This document shows, one piece after another, positions 1 through 14,900 of a stretch of DNA of 64,000 bases; position 1 is the first letter of the stretch, and each line of letters starts with the position of its first letter. The stretch is from Schmidtea polychroa (lineage: Eukaryota). The translations under genes and the position numbers were made by a program. The notes under the pieces were generated by a model. The model worked only from the letters and a program-made list of their open reading frames with translations, was not told the origin of the DNA and made no database searches. The DNA lies in NCBI GenBank assembly GCA_044892525.1, contig CM097888.1, positions 64,170,001 to 64,234,000 on the forward strand, written 5' to 3'.

Positions 1-419
1 AAATTTGTTTAAATAACAAATTTAAGAAGAGACAAGTTTTTGAGTATATAATTTATTAAATAAAATTTATGGAATTATTTAGTGATTTGAAAACGGATGT
101 TCTCACGGATGAGAATCCTAATATAAATTATTGATAAAATTTAATTAAACAAGCATAAATTATTTGTAAGAAATAAATGCATTACTTTTAACTCTATATA
201 CACCTATAGTTAATTACTAACACTTCTGCTGTGAAATTTAAAGTCGGTGCTCTCGCTGACTCCTCTTATTTTTATTCAAACAAATAAGTCGAAACCAAAC
301 CCAGAATAACTTTATTCAATTTCTAACAAAATACAATTTGTCACTATATTTACACCTTTCATTCATTACAATTATCACTGGATAATGTAGATAACCCAAT
401 AACCTTTTCTGATACGAAA

Positions 420-1420
420 ATTAAGTATTTTTTTCGAATTACTAAATTTTCTTTTCCCGATCACTGATCGCCTGAGTTTCTGAGCTTCTCTTTGTTTCTT
501 CGATCAACTGGCGGCTTCTCGGTTTCTGAGCTCTCTTTTTATATTGTTTCTGAGAGGGAAATTATCTACAGAATTGCAATTAATCATTTCCCGGGAATCC
601 TAAGTAAATACTTGAGGGTTTCCAAATTATTTTAATTTGTTTATCTTAGATTGGCGCTCGAAATATTCCCTCTTATCTGATCGATTGGGTTTCACTGCGC
701 ATCGGGTTTCCTTCAGTGCCAGGGTTTCCCATCGGCTCGAGCTTCCACTACAGATTAATTAATTTTAATTAATTTGTGTTTTCGCATTAACTTTCCTTGT
801 GAACACCTTATTAAATTTTCATTACAATTTCTGAACTCGTTTATCAATTTGGCGTTCAACCATAGCCGTTCAATATTGATTTTTGATTTTTAGTAAGTTT
901 TAATTAATTTTACACTTTTATTGATTTTACCAATATTTGTTATCCCTTCCTTTTATATATACATTTTTTGGTTTTCTTACCAACCCAAATATATCTAATG
1001 ATTTTATTCTTCCTTTAATTCCGATTGTTTCTAAGTTTTTGTTACTTCATATAATCCGATTGATTAATGGCGTTTTTACTAAGTCATCTCAATTTGACAT
1101 TCTTTATCTTGAAGCTTTTTTCATTTTCTGATCGTCGAAGGAAATAATTAATTGTTCCACCGTGCGCTTCCTTTGCGATAATTTTTTTATCCGTTTTATC
1201 ATTACTCATGCTGTAATTCCAACATCGACTTTGTTTACCTCTCTTTCTGTTTACTTAGTTCGAGTTTTCCTTAATTAATTAATTAACGATTTTCTGTTTT
1301 GTAGGTTTCTTGCATTTTGAGCCTCTCTAAACATATTCTGATGAACCAATTCTCGCCATCATCTCATTCGAATCTGACCCATTTTTCAAATTTTAATTTG
1401 ATGATTTGACTTTTCCACAT
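420..1420 (-). mobile_element. Possible decayed LTR-retrotransposon pol/integrase remnant
   Basis: Stop-ridden minus-strand peptides (KKIIAKEAHGG; AMVERQIDKRVQK...SRWE) loosely resemble the integrase HHCC region and post-integrase region. No LTRs found. Confidence 0.3.
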
Positions 1421-1699
1421 TTTTTTTATTTATATGGAAATTATAATAATTTTAAATTAAAAAACCCCAACAATACAAAAACATAATGAATATTCCAAAA
1501 AACATAATAAATATCCCAAAAAACACAATAACGTGCGAACCAAGTAATTAAGATATATAAGATATATCTTTAGTGTGCCATTTTTAGGACGTGGGCACAA
1601 TAATTGACATTTTTTTAATATGTGGAAGCCCTTGTGGTTTTTTTCATTCTTTTCTATGTGACTGTATATTCGTTAATTTTTAATCCCAATTTATGAATC

Positions 1700-3250
1700 C
1701 TGGTTTCAATTTGGATATCCCATGCTAATTACTAGTATTTGTCACAGTTATTCTTTCTCTCAGCTTCTATTATTGTGCTGTCATCAAATGTACATTTTAT
1801 ATCTTTTTTACTCTTATAACTATCTGGTTTTAGTATTTCTTTCAATTCTTTTGGTTTTGATTCTGTCTCGAAGTTCATGTTTCTATTTCTCTATATGTCC
1901 TTTAGTCCCTTTTATACTTTGTTGTGCATGTTAGTTCTTAATCTACTTCCATGTAAACAAATGTTTGGAACGTAATGAAGACGCCCGTGAGAAGTCAAAT
2001 TTTTTGCAATTCGTTAGTGTCAATCCTCTTTCTCTTTTAAATTATTTTTTTGTTTAGATCTCACATTAACTACGAATTTCCATTCTTGGTCCTTTAGCTA
2101 TTTGGGCATTTTTTATTTCATGTACGCAAATTGCGGAAGTCTCAGGACATGGCCTTGAAAATTGGTTCCTGTCCATATTTTAAAGTATGTTTCATGAACC
2201 ATCCATTGAATAATTTTTGAGACTTCGTTAATATGAGGAGGCATTAAGGGTTTGATTATTTGCTTGAGTACTGCACTTGATGTTTCATTGATTTGAAATT
2301 CCTTTGTGAATGAAGCTGTTTTGGATTCCATTAATCTTGCTAAATATATGGAAACCTTCTCTTACCCTATTCAATCAGGAATTACTTGCCATGTTTTTCA
2401 TTTTGTGTTCATAGGTCTTGTTTAGTTATCTATGTGCATGTCATTTTATGGGTTTTTCTGTTGTTGTTTTGGATACATTAATGAGTTCTTCTGTCAATAT
2501 GTTGATTATGGCTGTGTTGTTGCTGCTATAAATAAGTTTACTTCTTAAATCTTGTGATTCCTATGCTATGATTCCTATGATTCCTAAGATCAAGTGCATT
2601 TCTTTCTTTAATTAACGTCTTGATTTTGTCATCGAATCTTTCTGCGTGGGCTTTTGCTATTTTCTTTGCATGCAGTGTGGATATGAATTTCAAGTGGCAA
2701 AATACACTATATGCTTCAATTTCTGGTATGCGATTATTAGAGATGCAATTATAATTTTTTCTTTTGCCTCAATTTCCTCCAACAATTTGTCAAATCATTC
2801 TTCTTGGGTTCTTCTATTCTTACTACCAAGTATGCGCATTGGTTTCTTTAATGATGTGGTTTATTTGTGTTCCGTTAAGATAAAAATTCTTTGCTTTTCG
2901 TACCAATAAGACCATCCCCATCTAATTTTTTACTTGCAAATATCTCTTCCCACGAAAACCTTTATTAGTGATTAACAAAAAAATGTACTAATTAGTTTAG
3001 TTCTACTCAATTGATATTCTTATACATCTTTTGATAAAATAGTTTCAAATTGACAGTTTTCATTAATGTATAATTAGTATTTACATAATATATCTTCAAT
3101 CTTGAAGTACTCTCAATACTTTCACTCTTTTGTCCTCAGTAATATTTCAATGAATTCATAACTTCTTTAAATGTATTTTTCCTCCTCAGTGAACAATTCT
3201 ACTTCGACTTCCATGTTCAATGAAAATTTGATTTTTAATAGTGAATACTT
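1700..3250 (-). mobile_element. Decayed non-LTR (LINE) retrotransposon fragment
   Basis: Minus-strand fragments LKIYYVNTN and GMVLLVRK resemble AP-endonuclease motifs; many stops and frameshifts. Confidence 0.4.
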
Positions 3251-3960
3251 ACTGTGATGCACAGTCCATTTATTTTTTATTATTATCATTATTTTTTTGT
3301 TGTTATTATTTTTTTTAATAAAAAAAATTAATTCTCTATACCACAGAAAATTGCCAAGAAAAGAGAAAAATTGTCAAGGGAAATTTGAAAAAAAATCAAT
3401 CATTGGAATTTTCTTATTAATTAACGACGGTCCTTGAGCAAGATCATCTCCTATTAATGAAAGAAATAGAATTAGTTACTTCAAGATCTTATTTTTGTTT
3501 TCAAATTTTATTTTTATTGTATGTAATAAATTATTTTTACATACACACGCACACTCACACATCTAATCCACATTTACCTTAGCTGTACCGCTACAGTTTT
3601 TATAGGAAACACTGCTAGGTTCAATAGATTTCCCTAAAATTGCAATTCACCAAATAGATAAAGATTACATAAACAAAAATCGATCAGATTCACGAAACTG
3701 AAACAAAGAGGTCTCATACAACAACACTGACAAAAGTAAGGATGAGATTTGCTACTTCCACCCAAAATTTAGGAATTATGCATACAAATGCAACAGCCCA
3801 TGCAACTACAAAATACAGGACAACTGATAAAGTCGCCACTAATCACACCGATATTTGGCGAAAAAAACAAAACTTTCACGGTGCGTTCACAAAGCAAAAT
3901 TTCCTGATTGACACAGTCATTTCATTACTCTACATTTCACTGCGCCACATGAAGAAGTCT

Positions 3961-4315
3961 CTGAAAAGGTTTGGTAAACCCTGCACTAGACTATTGTTAA
4001 AATACTATTATTTTTATGTGGTAGTCCGGGTACTTATTGAACTCACCACGCAATTAATTCTTCCCTGGTTGCATTGATTCGCAAATCACGTCCTGAAAAT
4101 ATTATTTATATTAATGAAGTTCGTAAAACAAAATTGTTAAAATGTATTTTTTTATTTTTTACATTTTGATCGGTTTCTAACTTAACATTTTAATTGTCTT
4201 CATTCAGTATTCATTCATTTTTCAGTTTAACACAAATTTTTGGCACTGGCTTTATCAAGTGTTATTAAAAAGATCAGTGCCGAAGATTTATGTTAAACAG
4301 AAAACATTGATCTAT
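3961..4315 (+). repeat. ~350-bp direct repeat, copy 1 (hAT right end + TSD + flank); copy 2 at 10149-10492
   Basis: From ctgaaaa(a/g)gtttggtaaaccctgcactagac to cagaaaacattgatctat the two copies are near-identical, with a few SNPs and small indels. Confidence 0.9.
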
Positions 4316-4899
4316 TTAATATGATTTTTAAGATTTTTCTTTATTTGAAGACAGTACAAACTATGAATGGAGAACGGAATAAATGATGAACTTGCGGCTT
4401 CGAAGGCGGATGAAAATAAGGCAGACAAGAGTCACCCTTAACTGATCAGGAAGTTTTCCACTCCAAAAATAACTGACCTACATTGTGTCACCCCACAGAA
4501 ACCATTCATTACAAGAACCATCTGAGTGACTGTATCTTTGATGAGAGTCTAGGTAGAATCAAAATCTCGTGATATAAAACAAGTAGAGTAGTTAGCAAAA
4601 TCTATTGTTTCGGGGAGTTAGACTTCGAATTTTCCATTGACTGAAATAAGACACACCACTGACGATGGTTAATGATAACATTTCTACTATTTTTCACGTA
4701 TATTTTCACAACAAAAACTACACTTAGCCAATAACAATCATTGTAACAAATCTAGGAAAGAAATTATGAAAATAAGAAATAAAGGCAGATCCCTGCTCAA
4801 AATTTTGAAAGTAACATTGTATAACATTAAATAATGAGGCCCATAACTAAATGAACAAAAGGAACAATAATCCAAGAAATGGATGTATAATAAATGTAG

Positions 4900-5065
4900 T
4901 AATGAATCTCAAAGTGAAAATTCAATGAGTAGTGTTCTAGTAGTGGTGCTCATCTGCTCATTGATTGTTCGTGTCATGTATACTTGCATTCTAAAAGATT
5001 AAATAGTCAAGAAGGCGTTTAGGGAAACGACAATGACAAATCTATCAGCAGCCCTAGAACTTTTA
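4900..5065. repeat. Dispersed repeat, inverted relative to 12712-12880
   Basis: aagtgaaaattcaatgagtagtgttctagtag...ctgctcattgatt...gaaggcgttta...aaatctatcagcagccctagaac matches the reverse complement of 12712-12880 at moderate identity. Confidence 0.7.
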
Positions 5066-5519
5066 AACAACTCATTCCCTTAAAGTCAACAATTTCCTTT
5101 AGAATATTTTACATATGTTAAATATCCATTTATGTTTTTCGCTGAAAATTAACACCAATCAATTTTGATAATTGCTGATTTATTTTTAAAATCTCAAAAG
5201 TGAAACAATGTAAAATGTTAGTTAAATTTATTTTATCCTCAATAAAATCTCTTTAAAAAATATGGACTTGCGGATATTCTCAAATGGTTAAATAAAAATA
5301 ACACTAATAAAAATAAATTCTTATTTGCTTTAAAAGATATTCTAAAAATAAATAAATAATAAAAATCTATCGAAAAATTAAAGTAAATTGAATATTTAAC
5401 TTTGTTTAAATGTATCAATATCTATCAATTTCAACCTTTTTCTTTTACTAATATATTATGAAATTTTGTTAATTTATAACAAATAAATATTTGTTAATCA
5501 AAATGTTACACTTCAATAG

Positions 5520-5917
5520 TGATTACATATTTAAAGAACTGAAAGATATTAAAAAATCAGAAAGCAATATTTTTCGAATATCAGAAATAATTAAAGAAGA
5601 GGCTATTCAAAGTTGTTTAGAAATTACATCGATAGAAACATTTTTCGGAAAATTCAGCAGTGATCTAGATCAATATTTCACTAGTTTTCCACTTGCCAAC
5701 AGAAATAATGAAATGTTTTACATGTTAAATGAAATTAGTTCTTCCAATTTGTCAAAATATTTTACACAGGAAAAGGTTTCTACTGATTATTTTTAATGTT
5801 GAATTTTATTTTCAATTCTAGAACATTTCAATGGATACAAATTATGCCTGGGACTGGATTGATCAATTAATGCATTGTCTTCAAATGCATATAGAATCCA
5901 TTAAAAATTATCACCAG
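5520..5917 (+). CDS. Plakin-domain exons (5520-5775, 5822-5917)
   Basis: 46-nt GT..AG intron 5776-5821. The second exon (96 nt) reads NISMDTNYAWDWIDQLMHCLQMHIESIKNYHQ, matching the plakin-domain motif QTQWSWILQLxxCxExHLKENxxYxQ as recalled from dystonin/desmoplakin. Confidence 0.8.
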
Positions 5918-8900
5918 GTTGATATTAATATAAAATTATATAATTTTAATGTCATAAATGACATTGTATTAATACTATTGGATTATAATATTTTAATATA
6001 ATGAAGACAGAATAATTTTGTACTAATTCAACTTAAAAATCTCATATTAGTTCATTTTATGATCTTATCTATTGAAGTGACGACACGTGAAAAATTCGAA
6101 TGTTTTATAACTTACTTGATGTGGCACTCATTGATTAATCTTAATTTATTTTTCATGTTTAATTTCAACTTTGTGTGAAAGTACAAGTTTTTAGAATTAA
6201 TATTTTGTATTCCATTGTAAAGAATGCCCGTGATTTTTAGAGGAATTTCTAAAATAAAATTTACAAATGAAAAAGAAAATAAAGACCATAAGATTATTTT
6301 ATTAAAAATCTATCATGGGTTTGTTTTTACATTTAAGAAAAACCTTTAACCTTTTCGCGAAGTGCTATTTTCCTATTAAATATGCCTATAAGACGGACAG
6401 TTTTCTATAAACTTCGATAGTTATCAAGTATGCAAACGTTTGTGTGACCACTATGAAATAAAATCTACTACTGCCAGATTCATACATGACAAATAAAATA
6501 ACAGACAAGTTTAAACTTACCTATGAACACAAATAAACATATCTAACACATAAAACGGAAGCATCAGGCATTCGCTGCTTAAATATAATGAAATTGGATA
6601 AATACAGTCTTCGAATATTTGTCACGATTTTTTTTCACGGTAGGTTAAATTACAAACTACTAAACTGTTGTGCTAAATATTGATATAGTCGGAAATTAAA
6701 TGATGATAAATGAATTTAAAAATTAAAAAACTGGTATTAGGTTAACAAAAAGGTAAATGCTTGATTTAAAACAAAATTAAATTTTGAAAATGAGAAATTT
6801 ATTAAAGATTAACGAAATTTTAACGAAGCTAAACGAAGTTTGATTTGTCATGATATTAAAAAATATATAAAATGCTATTAATTTTCTCGTTATCTATTAA
6901 ATATGGAATGAAATCAGTTTCTTACGATAGAATCTAAAATACATAGAAACAATGTTCAAATGAAATATCCCTATTATTATGACTGTTTATCTTTATGATC
7001 AATTAACTATTGTGGCGAGTCTGTTTTCATTTCACGAATTTTCATTATCTCTTTTTATTTTTCGCTATTGATTTTTTATCGTTGGCATAACAAAGTCCTT
7101 TAGACATACAATGTGCTAAGTAAACATAAAAAATAATTGTAATCAAAATGAACATAGAAACATGCATGTAAATCACTCAAATGCTAGAGATAATAATAGA
7201 TTGTTTAAGAATATATATAATTTAGTAAATACAAATGATCAGCAAATAAGCAATGACTATGAAAAACAAACTGAAATATTTTTATTTTATTTCTATTTAA
7301 TATTTCATTATAGATAAGTACTTAGTAAAATTTTAGATGTGAAAATAATGACTGATAAAAAATTCTAATTATGGGCGAAGTTCAATTTCAAACGCGTTAT
7401 CAAAATTTTTCAGACATACTTTTACCTTGAAATAAATTATTGAGTAAACGAATAAGAAATATAATTTATTGTACACTATTTTTTGTAAATTATCTAAATA
7501 CAAATGATTTTTAGTAAATTATTAAATAGGTATTATTAAATATTTAGTTGGCGTGCATTGGAGTTCGTTTTACGGGAGGTGGGGTGGTCAAATCATAATC
7601 ACTGTAATTTTCAATAACTTTTGAAAGCTTTTAAATATTCAAGTTTGAAAATTTGATGTACAATTGTTTGTAAAAGTATTACAATCAACCCTCCTATAGC
7701 CTGATTAATTCGTATATAACCGCGTTATAAGAAACCCAGAATTCCTACCAATCATATCAATTTGTACCATGTTTTATTGAATCTACGTTAAGTACATCTC
7801 AGAAACATATGAAAGTTTTGTAATGGGACGAATATCCTCTTTAATTGCAAATCTTTATCTTGGCGTTGAAATTTCTCTTCATTTTGTAATTCTACTAAAA
7901 CCTCTTTATATGTATCTAAGACATTTTCTAATTATCTAATTCACCGTTGAAGGATCATTCTTAATGGAATAAAGTTCTAAATCTTTACCAAAATATAGTT
8001 CTTTTTTCACATCATATAAACTGAATTTTGCCATGGATTCGTATCCGCATTTCCGCAATTCCGTTAAATTGTTCTTCTACATCTTGATGGTTTGTATCAG
8101 GAAATTCTTTACCTCTTAAACAAAAAGAAATGTTTACTATTTCTATAATCCGTATCATTTCTTGTTTGAGTCATTTGAGGTAGAAGATTTTTCCAACAAG
8201 CGTTAAGTGTTAATGGTTTAATTTCCACACAATTTTACAAAAACCGGAATTCTAATATTATAATTCTAATTTTAAGTTGTTTGAACGTTGTTGTATAAAA
8301 CCGCGCTATAAGAATGCCGTGTATTATGAAATCTTTCGTAAAATCGTAAAAAAAACATTTTTAAAACTACTCGTTTTTTACGTATTTATTCAAAGTTTCA
8401 TCCAAAGGTAAAATTAAAATAAATTGTTTAATATTTTCTTTATCAAATTTTGAAATTAAAATTTTTAGTATGTCAAGAAATATAATCTATGCAAAAATGG
8501 ACTGGAATATGCTCATTTATTTTTAAAATCAACTTTCGAAAATCTGCACAAATCGAATTTGGAAACTGTTAATGACTATCTTAATGTAAGTATATTTGCG
8601 AATTTTTTTTTCAAAAGATTTATTAACGAAATTTTTATTTAGGATTGCTTATTAATCATGTTCAATATAACTGATATCTCTGAGGACATATTCAAAATGT
8701 ATTTGAAAGTGATTCCAACGCGCTATAGAATATGCAATACTTCTGAGATGCAAGCAACAGTTCTAATAAATTGCTGTTTTGACAACGTAAATTTATTAAA
8801 TTTATTTTTATTAAAGTTAAACATTTAATATTTTAAAAACCTTTTTCATAGTATGAGTTAACCCTTAATAACCTAGAGTTTCAATTTTGATACCAATCTT

Positions 8901-11900
8901 TTAAACCGAATGTTCACATTACTATTAGTTTTTTTTATAGGTTGGCTGTTCATATTTTACTGTTGTATAATATTCTTTCCAACGAAATTAAAAAAAAACA
9001 AATGTCATTATCTATGACATATTACTTTCGCGGCATAGTGAACAAGTAAACACATTTTACTAAAAGTAAAGAAAATCACTTTCGTAAATCAGGCTACTAA
9101 GGGTTAAATATTAAATACATGTAAATTATTTACATAGAAAATTAACATTATGATCAATTATCTGAAAGAATGAAGATAAATAACATAAATATATTGAAAT
9201 GCACGTCATTTTATGGAGATAATTATATACAAATAGCATATCAACTGTGTGGAAGGAATCCTTTAAAGATTTTTATTGAAAATGTTATCCCCTTTACAAT
9301 AAATACACTATAATTGACAAAAGTGATGTTAAATAATGTATTGTTAGATGTCATGTAATTGGTAAAATGCACAACCGAAAAATATTGAAAATACCTAATA
9401 ACAAATAAATAAACGTATAAATTGATTCATAATGAAAAGTTGAAACGATATCATTAATATAACACTTTAATTAAAAATTTAGACAACTAACATTTTGTAA
9501 GATGACCTTTTGCTAACAGGACATCATACAAATCACTTGCAAAATTACCGCATAAATCTTTGATCTGTTTAGAATTTTTCAGTATTCGATTGTACAATTC
9601 TTCTTTTCTTTCGTTTGTACTCCACCATAAACTAAGTTTTGACTAATGAACCATGCATATACTATTAAATTCAGGCTTATACTTCAAGTAGACCACTGAA
9701 TTAATTCGATTTCTTGTGGTTATAAAAGGTCCACACTAGTCCATAGATAGTATATTATTATTCCACTAGACCAGGGTTTCCCAAACTATGTTCCGCGGAG
9801 CTTAAATAGATATTTCGCGAAAATCTGGAGTAAATTTAGAAAATTGAACATATTCTATTTCATAATGAAAGACGAGCGACGGTTAAACTTCATTGAGTTT
9901 TTCTTGACGTCAAGAGCAGCAAAGATTTTTAGTACCTAGAAGTTGGGTACAGCAATAAAAGTCTTTAACAAGTGCCAATATTTTTTAATGAGGGAGTCAG
10001 ACTATCTCTCATACTGTGCGCATAAAATAGATGTGGTAGATGGGATTGTTTTCACCTCATTTGCTGATATTTCTTTAATAACATTTTTTATTTTTATTTA
10101 TACTTTTATGAATTACCCAACCTAAAAAATAAGCTAAGTGTTCCGTCACTGAAAAAGTTTGGTAAACCCTGCACTAGACTATTGTTAAAATACTATTATT
10201 TTTTATGTGGTAGTCCGGATACTTATTGAACTCACCACGCAATTAATTCTTCCCTGGTTGCATTGATTCGCAAATCACATCCTAAAATATTATTTATATT
10301 AATGAAGTTCGTAAAACAAAATTTTTAAAATGTATTTTTTTATTTTTTACTTTTTGATCGGTTTCTAACTTAACATTTTATTTGTCTTCATTCATTTTTC
10401 AGTTTAACACAAATTTTTGGCACTGGCTTTATCAAGTGTTATTAAAAAGATCAGTGCCGAAGATTTATGTTAAACAGAAAACATTGATCTATGGTCGAAA
10501 ACAAAATGAAGATAAATGAAATCGCAAGTTATATTAATATCATTCTTAAATTTGAATATTTTGTCAGGTTGAACTTCATAGCAATGAAATTGTGATAGTG
10601 CTAGACAAAGATTTTGAAACTAATTTATGGAAAATCAGAAAAACCGTCAACGTTGATGACAAAGTCGAAGAATTTATTCTAAATGTACCATCATTGTTCC
10701 TAATTCTTGATGGTTTTGATAAAGAAATAATTGATAGCTGCAATTTGTAAAAATTGTATTGTGTTAAATTGCAAATATTAATCATATTTAGAATGAAAAG
10801 ACAAATTATTTCTACTTGGGAGTTGATAAAATGTCAATTTCGGAACTTTATCTACAATTCTTTGATTATAGCAATAGACCAGAAAGAATTAACACGAGTA
10901 AATTACTTATTACTTGATAATGAGATCATTGATAATAAATATACAATTGACAACTTTCTTATTCTAAATTGAGATATTAATCAGCTTTAATATTGACATG
11001 ACTATTCATTCAGGCGATTTAATTTTTAATAAATTCTACATTCACTATTAATGTTTATAATATATTCATGGGATATGGCATGCTAACGGGAGGGAGGGAG
11101 CAAATAAATTTTTAAAAAATTATTACTATAGTGAAATATATAATCATATGTACCTTCATTAAATTCTTAATTTTCTTTCCGTAGATATTCAACTTCCTTT
11201 CATGTTTATGATGAAATGGGTGACTTTTCTACCTGAAACTTAGTCTAATTTTTTTTATAATTAGACAATATATTTAAAATTATAATGCCCATATTTTTGC
11301 TATAAAAGAATTTTGATATTATTTATTTTTATTATTATTAATATTAATATAATTGAAAGGGATTCTTTTGTAATTGAAAACTTCCACATAATAAATATTT
11401 TGCATCAAAGGCTAATCTTATCATTTGTTTATTATTATTAATAATTTATTATTATTATTATGTATTATTATTTTTTTTATACTCTATACTTTTATTCTAT
11501 CAAATCCACAATATAAACTTTTATTTGTTAAAGATTTGAAAACTATAGTTAAAAATTTACTTGTGTTGTTCATTTCATAATTATTATAGTTAAACTACTG
11601 ATAAATACTGAGTAAAAGATTTAGACTATAAATTAAACATTTTTACAAGCACTGAAATCTATCCAATTTTTATATTATTTTTTTTAAGTATTAATGACAA
11701 TATTGATGAATCTAAAAAATAATAAACATAAATATAATATTTTAATAATAAAAAGATTTTAAAATAAGATTATGATTAACGGGAACGAAATGGTATAACT
11801 TTGTCATCATATTTCTGTTAATATTTTAACTTGTTAACATTCTGATTCAATATTTAAAAGGTTGACAGACACTTATTTTCTCAATGAGACCTTGGTGGTC

Positions 11901-14900
11901 ATCTGTGAATGAAACTACAATATTTTTTAAAATAATTAAAACAAAGTTGACTAAAAAATTTAAAATAAGGTAAAATTAAATTTTTACACCCAGGGAAAAC
12001 ATCAAGCATAACAGTTAATGTGTAAAAAATGTTGACGTAAAATTTCGAGCGTTATATTTACACATTTTTCTTACTTTAAGCTTACTAAAATTTGGGTTTG
12101 CATGATATTTGAGATTTTACCGCATACGAGAATAAGTTTTATAACATTTTTTTATCTACGGCAATTTGTAGAACATATTATTGTGTTTTGCGCATTTTTG
12201 GTCCCCTAGTAGGAATTATCGGAAACGGCATTTTTCGTAACCGAGGTTGTAGGTAATTTTTTTGGTTTTAAGTCTGTTTTGATATATATAATATATATTT
12301 TGACATATAAAAACATAACATACTTATTTATTAAAAAGTTGTCGCCTAATTAAAATGTATTTTCGGCATTGGTGTATGTTTCATTAGTAAAGAAAAGTAT
12401 TTTTCAATGAATTTATATTTTTTTGTTTTATTATCCGTTTTTAAAATATGGTTAATTCGTGCTATATTGCATGGGCATTATTTGTTTATTTAAAAGTACT
12501 TCTTATTAGAATCTCTTCAACTTCATTTTAGAGATAAACTATTTGGACGAGGTATTTATTCTAGTTCTTCATTATTCACGTTTCATAATTTTTATTGTCA
12601 TGGTAAAGTCGAGCAAAAAAGATTTACAGACAATGTTACTTATGATTTCAATTAAAATTTTAAACGGTTATTAAATATATATGTTGGCGCTTACTGGGCG
12701 AGTTGTTTAAATGTTCTAGGGTCGCTGATAGATTTATCATCACCTCCTCTATAAACGCCTTCATTAATATCTTTCTACTGCCATATTGGTAGTGCAAGCA
12801 GTGACTGAAAATCAATGAGCAGGTGAGTTTCAATACTAGAACTACTTCTCATTGTATTTTCACTTTTGGGTTCATGACTGGCGATGAAAAGTCTTACGTT
12901 TATACTTGATTTTAAGTCAGTGTATGCTATCTCTCTCTCATCAGGTGTAAGGTTTTGTCATTGAATGCATCGGATTCTCTCATCAATCTCTCGGATATTG
13001 TGTATCCACCCATGCGCTGAATCATTCGTTTTTGTGTGCATTTTCCATTAATTTTCAAAGTTACTAATTTTAGTAACTACAATTATTTGACCAATTGATT
13101 AAATTGATGATTTAAAACAAACGAATTTTAATTTAATTTTATTAATTTATTATATATTATAGTATTTTCGAGTGGAAATTAATACCATAATATTTTATTA
13201 ATTATTATTACTTATTTTCTACCAATTATTTTATATCCATCGTGGTAGATTCAATTATAGCCCTTTCGTATGTGAATTCAAACCAAAGTTCATTATATTG
13301 CTGTCTAATTATGGTCTTTTGTATGTTAATGCAACCATAATTGTTTCCTCTTTTTCTAAATTATTTATTCGCCATAGTGGATTTCAAATTTAAAATGATG
13401 AATTTTATCAAAAAAATTATCAAATTATGAGGATTTTATTAATCTTATTCATTTTGTGTAGATTTTTTCCACTTCTTGTGTTTTTCATTTTATTTACATG
13501 TGTCTTATTATTTTCCTAATTTTGTCTTAATTACTTTGTTTTAATTGACATATTATGACGGATTGTAATTGATTTTTGTTCAGTGCGTTTTTTTATTTTC
13601 GATGCATCTAAACATTTCTCAAAACTCTTGGGTTCTAGCGCAACACATGTTTAATTCAGATAATTTCTGTTTTCCACAATTAATTTCTTTTTCAAATTAA
13701 TCAGTTCATGGTTAGTGAAAATATTAGGACTTGCTGTTGTGATACACCACAATGCTGTGTGAATTTTGCCTGAGTTAAAGTGAATTGGTGATGTTGACCC
13801 AAATTGATTGTCTTATTGTGTGCCTCTGAAGAAATCTGCTTCGATTTGCACATTGTACAAAAAGATGATGTGCTTTCCATGTCCGTACACCTTATAAGTT
13901 TACATATAGTATACCAACTTTTTTGATGTAACCAATTATGATGTAGAACAAGCCTGTGCAACCCATAATGAGTGTAAGGCCATTTTTTGAAAATACATTA
14001 GGTCTGAGGGCCGCATATCAATTATTTTATGATAAATACTGAGAAATATTACATTGAAGAATGTAGGCGCATTGTTGAGTCTATGCCACATTGAATATAA
14101 CAACAAAACGAAAACTCTGACGCACACTTTTACAAAATATATTTCAGTAGTTTTGGTTTTACATTTCCGTTTGAGTGTCTTAAATTCCTTTTTTTTTCCT
14201 TTTTTGCAATCAATAATCGCGTGTGTTTTTTGCGGTTTCAGTTTTTTTCTAATCTTTCCATTAAAACAAAATGTTAATTAAATTAAATAGCTATTTAATA
14301 AAATCTAAATCTACCTTTTTTGTAATTGGTCTTTTTCCATTTCCCATACCTTAATTTTTCTTTTAAACTTTTAAAGTTTTTCATCAATTTGCGTTAAATA
14401 TAGAACAATTTTTATACAGTTTTACATTAACTAAATAAAAATACATTTTTTCAACACAAATACCTAATCCAAATTCATTACATTTCCAAAGACATATTCA
14501 GTGATAATTTTATATTATTTTAGACTGATTGTGTGGACCAAACTATTTGTTATTCCATTCTGGACAATCTCATCAGATCATTAGAATTAGACAATTTCCA
14601 ATCTGAGAAAATTTTTCAATTTCGTCATCAATTAGAACATATGAGTAAAAATGCGATTATTTATTTATTTAACTTCATATTGGGTTTTAGTTATTGAAAA
14701 CTTTTCTAATGAAATGCTAACAATGAATTACTGGCACTGCTTACGGAACACAATTCAGCTTTATAATGTAAATAAATTTATTTGTTTAAATTTAACAATA
14801 AATAAAATTTTTCCAATTTATTTAATTCTCGATTTCTCAAGAAATATTTTGTAAAATATAAAATGTAAAATGAAATTCAATATTATTATTGTCAAATCGT

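Noticed and set aside
937-4077. Short hydrophobic ORFs in the track (937, 1722, 2646, 3742) and similar 60-100 aa ORFs elsewhere in introns
   Set aside because: Their F/I/L-rich composition is expected from AT-rich non-coding DNA or the antisense strand of decayed retroelements; no recognisable domains.
6350-6400. piggyBac-like left ends at 6350 (TTAA-ccttttcgcg) and ~15686 (TTAA-cccttgaacgc)
   Set aside because: No matching right TIR was found, so no element could be delimited.
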